Notes: generated by a model not told the origin, from the sequence alone. A DNA stretch of 64,000 nucleotides from Candidatus Latescibacterota bacterium (GCA_965205485.1 OZ242180.1:736001-800000), one strand, 5' to 3'; positions 22,040-32,928 are shown, counted from the stretch's first letter. Numbers and translations: made by a program.

Positions 22040-22960
22040 ATGTATCGGACAGACGTGCGGAGGATTGATATTCTGGAACATAGATTGCGTTGGCAAAAGC
22101 GCGCGATCATCGGTTTGCTTCTTTTGTTTCTCTTCACGGCTTCACCGGCCTTGAGTACGGCGACGAAATGGTTTGCGCAGCTACAGACCGGGAACGTGCC
22201 GGTTCCGGGATTATCTGCGGACCGGTCTTCGGCAGGCGTCATTTCGAAATGGGTGCCGTCACCTGAGTCTGAGGCCGGCGGGTTGAGCAAGACTGCACTG
22301 GCTGCTGACGAAGTCCTGAAGATCGGCAGGTTACAGATCGTGAATGAAGAGGGTAACGTTGTCGCGTTCCTGGGTTACGACGAGGCAGGGGACGGGGTGC
22401 TGGCCATCCGCAACAGTAAGGGAAAGTACCGTATAATGGCCGGCTTGGACGAATCCGGAGGAGGCTTGTTGAACGTTTTCAACTCAACTGATCGGCCCGT
22501 TGCGGTCATGGGCGCTGACGATACGGACCAGGGCAATGGATTTATGAATGTCAGCGGCGGATCGGGGACTGTTGCCGGTGTGTTTTTTGGCGAGTCGGGA
22601 GATGCGTCTATGACGTTTTTCAACAGCAATGGAAACCCCGCTTCCGCCTTTGGATCGGATGCAAACGGCAACGGTTTTCTGGTTACCCTCAGTGAGTCGG
22701 GACTGCCGATCGGCACGCTTGCAGCCGATCCCGGCGGCATGGGTACTCTGGCGATTTCGGGGGGTAAGTTCAGGGCTTACGTAGACGAAGACGGGAATGG
22801 CGCAGCGGAGACGCTGGGAGACGACGGAAGCGTCCGGTGGACTTCTGAAATGAAAACGGGTGGTACTGGTGTTTTGTTGGGAGATCTCGACGGTGACGGC
22901 GACGTGGATTTCGAAGACTTTCTCACGTTTGCCGCAAATTTCGGGAAAACCAGCGGGTAG
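22040..22960 (+). CDS. Exported or membrane-anchored Gly-rich beta-repeat protein with C-terminal dockerin-like EF-hand
   Basis: AGGAGG RBS; hydrophobic AIIGLLLLFLFTA; ~22-aa repeats (GxLxIxNxxGxxxxxxGxDxxG); C-terminal GDLDGDGDVDFEDFLTFAANFG. Confidence 0.8.
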   Translation: MYRTDVRRIDILEHRLRWQKRAIIGLLLLFLFTASPALSTATKWFAQLQTGNVPVPGLSADRSSAGVISKWVPSPESEAGGLSKTALAADEVLKIGRLQIVNEEGNVVAFLGYDEAGDGVLAIRNSKGKYRIMAGLDESGGGLLNVFNSTDRPVAVMGADDTDQGNGFMNVSGGSGTVAGVFFGESGDASMTFFNSNGNPASAFGSDANGNGFLVTLSESGLPIGTLAADPGGMGTLAISGGKFRAYVDEDGNGAAETLGDDGSVRWTSEMKTGGTGVLLGDLDGDGDVDFEDFLTFAANFGKTSG

Positions 22961-23009
22961 AACGTACGCACTCGAGCCTGAGGACAGCCCGAGGGATCGA
23001 AGCGTAGAA

Positions 23010-23315
23010 GTAGGGCCTACCTGCCGGGCCTCTCTGCGTACTTACCCGCGCAGGCAGGCGTTTACGGTTTGAGGGTGGGGCGGACATTCCTGTCTGCCCG
23101 CATCGATGCCGACGAAGCGTCCGCGCAGATGCGTTCTGTGCGCACTTCCGCTCCACGTCCTATCGAGAAGACGGGAGATTCTTCGCTCCGCTCTGAATGA
23201 CATGCTTAGCCATATCAGTGATCGACAGGCATCCTTTACACGTTAGCCCGAACTGTCATCCTGAGGACTTGCCCTGAGCTTGTCGAAGGGTGCCCCCTTG
23301 GCCGACGAAGGATCT
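23010..23315. repeat. Cluster of REP-like palindromes of several families
   Basis: GTGGGGCGGACATTCCTGTCTGCCC (23075); AGATTCTTCGCTCCGCTCTGAATGACA (23176); TGTCATCCTGAG...CGAAGGATCT (23254-23315) containing CCCTGAGCTTGTCGAAGGG (23272). Confidence 0.7.
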
Positions 23316-23498
23316 ACTGCAGCATGAGATGATCCCTGTACGCCATGCACGTGACGATATCCAAGAGGCAGCACGTCCGCCTTTCCATCCTGCGATGTCG
23401 GTTCCCCTAAAATTCCTCGATCGCTGTTGCAGAAAACGTGGCCTGCTTCAAGTCTCCGTTGATGTGAATCCGTGTCTCCTTGGACGAAAAAACACCGG

Positions 23499-23565
23499 AA
23501 TTCACCAACAAATCATCACAAATGGCTAATTTATCAGTGATAGTTCAAAAATAAAGTGTTATCTT
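23499..23565 (+). promoter_or_regulatory. Conserved four-half-site promoter, copy D (upstream of the LRR protease)
   Basis: AATTCA-N5-AAATCA-N15-TTATCA-N5-AGTTCA-N12-TATCTT with extended TG. Confidence 0.75.
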
Positions 23566-24160
23566 ATGCCCTGCGCACTGACGCAATTTGCGACACATTT
23601 GCTGACGATAGCGTCGCGAGGTCATTCTCGAACGGGGTATCGTCTGAACAATCGAGCCGGAATGTCGTCCCGGGATTCCACCGCCCTGAGCAGCACCGTG
23701 CCACTGTTGTGGTTCAGGATACCTCAATCTGAGACGGCCGTCAGCCTGGCATCCCCGTCAGGTCAACCTGAATTGCCGGCTTGTTCGGTTGGTTTCTTCC
23801 CGTCGACAAACCTCCTTCCTCTCTTTATTCCTTCTTCGCATTTTCCATCGATCCGCACCGCTGCGACCTGCGCCGGTTTGCACGGCAGACACGCCGCCCG
23901 CGGTCGGATCGATCCATATACAGCACCCGGGAGTGTCCCTTCGACGGGCATCCGCCCGCGGCGACGCTGTCCTCGAAACGCTTTCATCTTCGAATTCAAC
24001 CTGGGCCGGTCCCTGAGCCTGTCGAAGGGCCGGCGAAATAGATCTCAACTCTTTACTGTACACGGCAATACATCCGGCGGCTACTCATTTGGTAGCGGTC
24101 ACACACCCGGCAGTACCCCTTCGTGTCGCCGCTCGGGTGACGAGTAAATGGGAGGTAGCT

Positions 24161-27100
24161 ATGCAGAGGGGCCTGGTGGTTTCGGTATGCGCGGCACTGA
24201 CTCTGGTCGCAGCGACGTGGACAGGTGATATCGGCGTAATAGAGCCGCAATCCGTGTCTGCGCAGTCCGCGACATGCCCCGGCGACTTCAACGGCGACGG
24301 GAAGGTGAATCTGGCTGATTTTCTGGCTTTCGCCGGTGGCTTCGGCATGCGTTCCGGAGATGCCAATTTCAACGCGCGTTTGGATATGGACGGTAGCGGC
24401 TCGGTCGATCTGTCCGATTTTCTGGCATTCGCCGGGGTGTTCGGGACCAACTGCGAAGACCGGCCTCGCGGTTCGGTCAGCGGGGACCGGGCGGCGCTGG
24501 TTGCGCTGTACAATGCGACCGACGGGCCGAACTGGGTCGACAACACCAACTGGCTGACCGACGCGCCGCTCGGAGAATGGTATGGGGTAGAGACGGATGC
24601 TTCCGGGCGAGTCGTGGAGCTGAATCTCGGCGGAATCCTTGACGAAAGTGGATGGCCCGTGCCCCATGGCCTCCAGGGACGGATTCCGCCTGAAATCGGT
24701 GATCTCGCGAATCTGCAGCGTCTTATCCTGTATCGAAACAACCTATCCGGCTCGATTCCCTCAGAAATCGGCCAGTTGGCGGCATTGCGCGATCTGTATC
24801 TCCACTCCAACGAACTGAGCGGTACAGTTCCGCCGGAACTGGGGAGACTGGGTCAGTTGAGGATTCTAGATTTGAGTATTAACTACCTGGAGGGAGGCAT
24901 TCCACCGGATCTGGGAAGGCTGGTTCAGTTGACTAGCCTTGAACTTAACTCCAACCCGATGGGCGGACGAATTCCGTCGGCATTGGGCAACCTGAGAAAA
25001 CTGGACGTATTAAGGTTAGAATTTTGCCTGCTCAGGGGCCCGATCCCGCCGGAGTTGGGCAATCTGAGAAATCTGCGCTATCTGAGTCTAACTGAAAACG
25101 AACTCACGGGCGTCATTCCGCAGGCGCTGGGAAACCTAGGGGAGTTGGAATCCCTACATTTATTTCGTAACAAGCTTACGGGCCCGATCCCGCCGGAGTT
25201 GGGCAATCTCAGCAAGCTGCGCTCTCTGAGTCTATATGAAAACGAACTCACAGGCGTCATTCCGCAGGCGCTGGGAAACCTCGAGGCGTTGAAATACCTA
25301 TATTTATTTCGTAACAAGCTTACGGGCCCGATCCCGCCGGAGTTGGGCAATTTGAGAAATCTGGTTGACTTAAGTATCAGGAACAATGAGCTTTCCGGAC
25401 CTATGCCGGCTGAAATTGCGAAACTCGACAGACTACGTAGTTTGAACATTTCAGGCAATCGATTGACGGGTTCGATTCCACCGGAACTGGGAAGTCTCGC
25501 GGCGTTGGAAGACTTGAGTCTTGCAGAAAACCGTTTAAGCGGGCCGATTCCTCCCGATCTCGGCAACCTCGGCAATTTGCAGTACCTTACTTTAGGGGAC
25601 AATCTGCTGGAAGGCTCCATTCCACATAGTTTTTTACGCTTGAACCGGCTGATAGATATGGGCTGTCGAAATACCCGCGGCGTATGCATACCTGCGACGG
25701 AAGCGTTCAGGGAATGGGAGCGAGAGGTTGTAGCGCGTGGAAATGTGCACAGACCCTTACTTATCCCGCATTGCGACGAAATCGACAGACGCGGCCTGGA
25801 GGCCCTGTACGAGGCCACGAACGGCGACGGATGGACGCGGTCCAACGGCTGGCTCGAAGACAAGAATCTGAGTCGTTGGCACGGGGTGAGGACCGATGCC
25901 GTCGGCCGGGTCTCCGGTCTCGATCTGAGCGGCAACGGGTTGTCGGGATATCTTCCGGTCGAGTTGGGGCTGCTTGCCAACCTGAATGAACTGCGGCTCC
26001 GAAACAATGCGCTATCCGGCCGACTTCCGTTGTCGCTGACAGGTGCGCCACTGAAAGCAATTGACTACGGAGGCACGTCTCTGTGCGTGGTCGATAATGC
26101 CGATTTCCAGGAATGGCTAGACGGCATCCCGCGCCACGTCGGAACAGGGATCCAGTGCCTACCGCTTACAGACCGCGAAATCCTCGAATTGTTGTACCGT
26201 AACACCGATGGCACGAACTGGGACGAGAGCGCGGGTTGGCTGACCGACGCCCCACTGTCCGCGTGGCACGGCGTGGGCACAGACGAGGACGGCCGCGTCA
26301 TTAAACTCCAATTGCCAAACAACATCTGTCCGGCTTGATTCCCGTGGAAATCGGGCAAATGGGCAAACTGCGGATACTTGACCTTAACCGAAACAGGCTT
26401 TCAGGCTCGATTCCTCAGGAACTGGGTACACTGGCCCGTCTGAAGCGGCTCGAACTCTACGGGAATCAACTCAACGGCAAGATCCCGCGAGAACTCGGGC
26501 AACTGCGGGAATTGCAAGTGCTTCGTATTGGCTGGAACCAGCTTTCGGGTTCCGTCCCGTCAGAGTTGGGTCATCTGGACAGTCTGGAGCGACTCGATCT
26601 TTACAGGAATCAACTCAACGGCGAGATCCCGCGGGAACTCGGCAAGCTCGCTAACGTGACCGACCTGAACATCGGTAGGAATTTCCTCTCGGGCACGATT
26701 CCACCGGAACTGGGTGACCTGGGCCGTCTGGTGTGGCTCAATCTTGAACGTAATCAGCTCGTGGGTGGCATCCCCCCGGAACTTGGCAAGCCGAAAACGA
26801 TCGAGTCCATCAATCTTGCCGACAACCGGTTGACCGGGCGGGTTCCGCCCCAGCTTGGCGCCCTGGTCCGCCTGTCGGCTTTGAACCTGTCGGCCAACCA
26901 ATTAAGCGGTCCGATTCCCCCGGAACTCGGCAGGCTCGGCGATCTTCAGGAGCTTACGTTATTCGGCAACAATCTCTCGGGGCCGATCCCTGAGGAACTG
27001 GGTGAGCTCGCGAACCTGACTTCGCTGAATCTGGGCGACAATGGGTTCTCCGGACCACTGCCTGGCGAACTTGCGCAGGCCTTGAACCTCGAGAGTCTTG

Positions 27101-28818
27101 ACCTTCGGAACAACGCGCTTTCCGGTCGGGTTCCGGCCGAGTTGGGCAACCTCACACAGTTGACGTCGCTGATTCTCGCCGATAATCCCGCTCTTGCCGG
27201 TCCATTGCCTCTCGTATTCACGGCATTGGAGAAGCTCGAACGGTTCATGGCGGGTGGGACTGGACTGTGCCGACCGGCGAACACCAGCTTCGATACGTGG
27301 TTTGGCGCAATACCTGATCGACGTATTGTGCGCTGCGCGGGTGGGGCAGCCGTGTATCTCACCCAGACGATACAGTCGTGGGACGATCCGGTGCCGCTGC
27401 TGGCGGGCGAACCCGCGCTGCTGCGTGTGTTCGTGACTGCGCCAGGTGGGGGCGCGGCCACAATGCCTAGTGTGCGTGCCACATTCTTTGGGAATGATAC
27501 TCAACGCCACACAGTCCGTATTGTCGGGGGTATGCAGTCGATACCCACGGAAGTTTTCGAGGGCGATCTTGACATGTCCGCCAACGCCGAGATTCCGGGA
27601 TGGGTCATTACGCCCGGCCTCGAGATGGTGATCGAAGTCGACCCCGAGGGTACCCTGGCTACGGCGACAGGTGTGACGAAGCGAATTCCGGATTCCGGCC
27701 GCATGGTCGTCGATGTTCGATCCGTTCCCCCGTTTAGATTGACCCTGGTCCCGCTTCTCTCGACGAGTGACTCTGACGCATCTGTTGTCAAGACCGTGAC
27801 CGAAATGGCGTCGGATCCGCATAATCACGAGTTGCTCCGTGACCTGCGGACGCTTCTGCCAATAGCGACGTTCACCGTCAAGGAGCACGAGGCCATAGTC
27901 ATGTCGACACCGGACCCCAGAGAGAAGCTGAACCAACTTCAGGCTACGCGACTAATGGAAGGCGGTACGGGATATTGGCTGGGAATCTTTGTTGAGAGAA
28001 AAACAGGTGATCATATCTGGAACTCGGGAATTGCCATACTTGGAGGCTCAGTGAGTGTCTCACTCCCCGTTGCGAGTACGATAGCACATGAACTGGGGCA
28101 CAACCTTTCGCTCGATCACGCGCCTTGCGGCCAACCCGGAGCTATTGACCCCTGGTTCCCCCACGAAGGCGGTCTAATTGGCGCCTGGGGTTACGACTTT
28201 GGAAAACGTGCAACGGTCAACCCCAATACGCCCGACGTGATGTCCTATTGTGGTGGACGCAACTGGATCAGCGATTACTTCTACAGAAAGGCGTTCCGAC
28301 ACCGTCATTCCAACGAGGTTGCTGTGAAGTCAGCGCTGGCCGTCGCGAATCACGATCGCACACTTCTGCTGTGGGGCGGACGAGACAAGGTTGGGGTCCC
28401 GTACCTGGATCCCGCTTTCGTCGTTGACGCAGTGCCCTCCCTTCCTCCCGCGGGCGAAGATTACACGATCGAGGGAGCGACCGCTGACGGAATGCCTGTC
28501 TTCTCATACACGTTCGACATGCCGGTCACAGCAGACGCTGAGGGCGAAGAGACGAACTTTGTATTCGCCCTGCCTCTTCAGCCCGAATGGACCGGCAACC
28601 TGGCGAGTATCACGCTGTCCGGCCCCGGCGGCTCGGCCACGCTGGACGGGAGTACGGACCGTCCGATGGCCATCCTGCGCGATCTGCAGACGGGCCAGGT
28701 AAGCGGATTCCTGTCTGATCTTACGGCAGAGGAAGCGGCGCAGGCAGCGGAAGGCGCGTTCGCGGCCAAGCCCGGAACGGAAGCGATCTTCAGCAGGGGA
28801 ATTCCGGATCTTCGGTAG
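24161..28818 (+). CDS. Secreted dockerin-like / leucine-rich-repeat / metzincin (M66-like) zinc metalloprotease (~1,550 aa), frameshift near 26324
   Basis: GGAGGT RBS; signal peptide; paired GDFNGDGKVNLADFLAFAGGFG / DMDGSGSVDLSDFLAFAGVFG; 24-aa LRRs (LxxLxLxxNxLsGxIPxELGxL) with DRAALVALY...W caps; HELGHNLSLDH and DVMSYC Met-turn; restoring one A (PNNNLSGLIP) joins the ORFs. Confidence 0.88.
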
Positions 28819-29257
28819 ATGGTGAGCAGGATTCCAACAGCTGGCGGACTGGTGCGTCAACGCGGCCGGCCGTGCGCTCGTTCGGAACGCCGCCGCCTCC
28901 CATCGTGTGTCATCCGGATCATTAGCCGATTTATGAGCATTGCCTGGTCTTCGCAACTGGCAAAAAGCCGCTCCGACTCGTAATTGCGTTCCGATCGGCC
29001 GACTTCGGTCTGCTTGCCGCGGCGGTCCCGACAGGGAGCAATTCCGCTCCCCTCTCCGTGCCGGGGAGGGGCCGGGCGAGGGGTCGCCTTTCCCGACGTG
29101 AGGGTGGGGCCTGCCGGCTCCCCGCATGACCCGTTTTCTTCCCTTCCAGATCCGACGAACCCAATCCGTTTGACTTTCAGACCGACGCATCACTTCCACG
29201 GCGAGAAAACCAGTCGTTGTTGGATCGGTACGTTCCGGGCGGAGCGAAGTGACCCGA

Positions 29258-29324
29258 AATTCATCATAAAATCAGCAAAAAGGACCAAAAATTCAAAGCT
29301 AATTCGAAATAATTTCCGTATCTT
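29258..29324 (+). promoter_or_regulatory. Conserved four-half-site promoter, copy E
   Basis: AATTCA-N5-AAATCA-N15-AATTCA-N5-AATTCG-N12-TATCTT. Confidence 0.8.
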
Positions 29325-29539
29325 ATTAGTTTGTTTGGAAAATAAGGTGTATACCCGAACAGTGATCGCGTCGGCCGCCGCGGTCGGTTCTGGTTCTTTT
29401 AGACAGCCTCGCCAGCCTGGTCCGTACCTCTCATGTGGTTGGCTGGGAATACAGGTACGTCAAATGAGATTTTCGTTTCCAAACGCCGCCTCGTTTCTGC
29501 CCGTAGATTGAAGCCCAAAGCCGCCAGACAGGAGATCGC

Positions 29540-29704
29540 ATGCTCATGTTTGTTCTGGTCGTTTCGATGATTTGTCTCCTTGCCACATTGGTCGCATTGA
29601 GCTATGTGGTATCCCTCTCAGTCAAAATGGATCATCTGCTCAAGCGCGTTGCTGAGATCGAAGGCTATCTGGCCGTCAGCTCCGGACCGCACAAGGAAAT
29701 CTGA
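29540..29704 (+). CDS. 54-aa single-pass membrane protein (not in ORF track)
   Basis: AGGAG RBS; MLMFVLVVSMICLLATLVALSYVVSLSVKMDHLLKRVAEIEGYL: TM helix then amphipathic helix. Confidence 0.6.
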   Translation: MLMFVLVVSMICLLATLVALSYVVSLSVKMDHLLKRVAEIEGYLAVSSGPHKEI

Positions 29705-30065
29705 CGAAGTCCGGTCCGGAATACCGCAGATCCAATACGCGCGGATAGCTGGCAGAACGCACAATTCCGGATCCCTGCCGGAGGTTTAACCTCAATTCCG
29801 CAAAAGCCGCAACGCGGCACCACGACGAGACCCTTCGAAACAGGCCGAAATGGTCGTCATGAAGGACATTATTTCAGTTCACGTACAGTGTCCTGGTGTA
29901 TCCTGGTAATCAGCAGTCTAATCGCCTTTTTTACTGACACATATTCAAATTAACGTCCTCGAAAAATGAGGAATCAAGGTTAATCGGGGCGCGCGGCGGC
30001 TTTTGTGGAACAATCCAGGTCCTGATTCAGGAAACGGTTTCCAGTAGATTTCCAAGGAGTGGACA

Positions 30066-30230
30066 ATGGAACTGACGAAACTGGAGTTTTTCGCCGGGAT
30101 GGCGCTTTGCGGGGCCGCCAGGTCTGACAACACCTGGCACGAACAGGCAACCGTAGATACCGCAATTGAGATCGCGCGGCGAATGATCAAGACGCTCGAA
30201 GAGGAAAAGACCACCGGCGAAGCGTCATAG
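30066..30230 (+). CDS. 54-aa protein with a phage-like LTKxEyFAxMAL motif (not in ORF track)
   Basis: AAGGAG RBS; MELTKLEFFAGMALCG...TAIEIARRMIKTLEEE. Confidence 0.65.
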   Translation: MELTKLEFFAGMALCGAARSDNTWHEQATVDTAIEIARRMIKTLEEEKTTGEAS

Positions 30231-30768
30231 TCGCGGCATTATCGGTGTTGTTTCGTAATGAAAGGCGCCTGATCCCGATTCGTACACACGTAATCGGAGG
30301 CGCGAAACGACCGGTTAATGTGAAAGTGATTTCCCGAAACAGAACTGATCATTTCGGACTGGTCGGCTCTTTCTATTTCGATGGGGCGGTTAAACCGGGG
30401 ACGCTACTCATTCCCGCAAGGGCAGCCAAAGCCGGAAATTCTTCCAGGATACCTCCGTTGACACCCGGCGTTGTCCTGCCGCCCCATCGGTATGGACCGG
30501 AAGTGTACGTGAATTGTGCCGGGCAGTGGTCAAACCGGGCGTGAATGCCTGCAAGGGCGGCCACACGCCGGGCGCCCTTCCCTCATGACGGTTCTGGCGT
30601 CTGGCGCCGTCCTGCCGCTGCCCGGCAGCAGGTTGATTGTCACTTCCGTCGCCGGAAAGCGTCACGCCCAGTGAGTATTCCCTGCCCCGAAGTCCTCGAT
30701 TCACCCCGCCATTCAACTGACGTACTACCTCTCCAACCCGCCGAAAAAACAGATTGAAGGCGAGAAAT

Positions 30769-32892
30769 ATGGCGAATTCACGCATGGAAATCATCATCGT
30801 CGCACAAGAACGGGCAGTCGCAATGCAATTGGAAGCGGTTCTGGCAGAATTGGGTTACACGGTAGCCGCGGTCGCCTCGCGCGGGCGCGACGGCGTTAAA
30901 CTCGCGTCAGATGTACGACCCGACCTCGCCGTCGTCGACCTCGGCCTACAAGGAGACCTGAATGGCCCCGAAGTCGGCGACCAACTACGCGGCGGGTCCG
31001 ACGTACCGGTCGTTTACCTGACCGACGTGGCGGAGGGAGACCTATTCGATCGGGCGCGAGCAACGAATCCGTACGGCTTCGTGCTCAAGCCATTCGATGC
31101 CCGCCAACTCGAACTAAACATCCAAACCGCCCTGTGCCTGCACGAAAGGGAAAGAAGGCATCGAGAAACGCGAGTCCGTCTGGAAGAATCCATCGAAGAA
31201 TCGAAATGTCATTCTGAATTGATGGAGACCGTCTTTAACAGCATGGGCGAGGGTGTGGTTGCCGTTGGTGAAGACGGGACGATTCTGTTTCACAATTCAA
31301 GCGGTCCGCGCATCGGGGGCAGGCATCACCTGGTGAAGGACATCGCAAGATGGCCCGAAGAATATGGTGTTTTTGAGCCCGATGGCGAGACCGTCCTCAG
31401 CGAGGACCTGAACCCGCTGTTGCTTGCCCTCAGAGGTCAGTCGACGGAAGAAACCGAGTTTCTGATCCGCAACCCTCAGAAGCCCGCGGGTGTCCAGGTG
31501 AGCGTCAACGCCAGACCTTTGCGTGACAGGGCCGGGTCTCCGATGGGTGGCGTAGCAGTCATACGTGACGTCACGAAATTGAAGCAAGCGGAAGCTGAGT
31601 TGGAGCGGACGGTCGCCAAACTGCAGGAACAAGCCAATTTGATGGAGACCATCTTCAATAGTATCAGTGATGGAATCATCGTTGCAGATAACGCGGGAAA
31701 GTTCCTTTACGCAAACCCCGGGGCCCGTCAGATTGTCGGCGTGGATATATTGGACGGTTTTCCGGACAATTGTGCGGAGAAACTCGGTTTGTACTTTCCG
31801 GACCGGGAAACGCCCACGAAGACGGAGGACCTGCCGCTGATGCGAGCCATACGCTTCGGCGAGTCCACGGATGAGGAAGACGTGTTCTTGCGGAACGAGA
31901 AAAAGCCGGACGGCGTTTACATCAGGATGAGCGGACGGCCCTTGCTCGATAAATCTGGCGGAATCAAGGGCGGCGTCGTGATTTTTCGTGATGTTACAGA
32001 GCGGGTTCTCGCAGAGGATGCACTGGCGCGGGCATTCGACCAGGGGCGGTTGGAGATGGTCGATACCATCCTTCACAATATTGGCAATGCAATGAATAGT
32101 GTCACGACGGGAATTGAGACCCTCCGTCGCAATCTGACGAACGACCGTGCGGGACGCCGTCTGTTCGCATTGGCTGCCGCAATCGGCGAACACAGCAACG
32201 ATTGGATCGACTATATCGCACACGACCCCCAGGGCAGGAAAGTGTTCCCCTTCATCATCAAGTTGGCGGACGACTTTGGCAGAAGGAATGACGAACTGAT
32301 TAAGACAGTATCCCGAGTCAGGGATCGGGCGAATCGTATCGCGGACATTATTCGCACCCAGAGGGCATTGGACGGATCCGGAATGGACCGCAAGGACATA
32401 GAACTCTACAGTGCGCTGTCTGCAGCGTTCAGAGTATTGCGAGACTCCCTCAAAAAGAGGGGTATCCGAACGGATGTCGACTGTGGAAACGCGCCACAGC
32501 ACATTCGCGTCCGTGAAAGCCAATTTCACCAGATGTTGGTCAATCTGGTCAAGAATTCCATTGAGGCGATCGACGAACTTGCCACGCTTCAGGGACTCCT
32601 TGAAACGCCCCGTATATGGATCAGGGCGAGTTCCGCGAACGGGCATCTCGTCCTGGAAGTTATCGATAATGGCTTTGGCATTCGGGAGAATGACCTCCGG
32701 GCGCTGTTTACTCCCGGCTTCACGACGAAAAAATTCGGCAGTGGACTCGGCCTCCATTCGGCGGCCAATTTCGTGATCGCTTCCGGCGGAAGAATTGAAC
32801 CGATTAGTGAAGGAGCAGGAAAGGGAACGACAATGAGGGTTACCTGGCCGATTTCCTCGGTGGCCGTACGAATAGGGGCGGAGAATCTATGA
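30769..32892 (+). CDS. Cytoplasmic REC-PAS-PAS histidine kinase 2 (paralog of kinase 1)
   Basis: N-terminal receiver (PDLAVVD...KPF); two PAS; ILHNIGNAMN; NLVKNSIEA; DNGFG; GSGLGLHSAANF. Confidence 0.92.
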   Translation: MANSRMEIIIVAQERAVAMQLEAVLAELGYTVAAVASRGRDGVKLASDVRPDLAVVDLGLQGDLNGPEVGDQLRGGSDVPVVYLTDVAEGDLFDRARATNPYGFVLKPFDARQLELNIQTALCLHERERRHRETRVRLEESIEESKCHSELMETVFNSMGEGVVAVGEDGTILFHNSSGPRIGGRHHLVKDIARWPEEYGVFEPDGETVLSEDLNPLLLALRGQSTEETEFLIRNPQKPAGVQVSVNARPLRDRAGSPMGGVAVIRDVTKLKQAEAELERTVAKLQEQANLMETIFNSISDGIIVADNAGKFLYANPGARQIVGVDILDGFPDNCAEKLGLYFPDRETPTKTEDLPLMRAIRFGESTDEEDVFLRNEKKPDGVYIRMSGRPLLDKSGGIKGGVVIFRDVTERVLAEDALARAFDQGRLEMVDTILHNIGNAMNSVTTGIETLRRNLTNDRAGRRLFALAAAIGEHSNDWIDYIAHDPQGRKVFPFIIKLADDFGRRNDELIKTVSRVRDRANRIADIIRTQRALDGSGMDRKDIELYSALSAAFRVLRDSLKKRGIRTDVDCGNAPQHIRVRESQFHQMLVNLVKNSIEAIDELATLQGLLETPRIWIRASSANGHLVLEVIDNGFGIRENDLRALFTPGFTTKKFGSGLGLHSAANFVIASGGRIEPISEGAGKGTTMRVTWPISSVAVRIGAENL

Positions 32893-32928
32893 AGTAAAAA
32901 ACACAGAAAAACACCCACCGGGCCGATG

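Noticed and set aside
24161..28818. Diversity-generating retroelement target
   Set aside because: No reverse transcriptase and no template/variable repeat pair with adenine-specific differences seen in the window.
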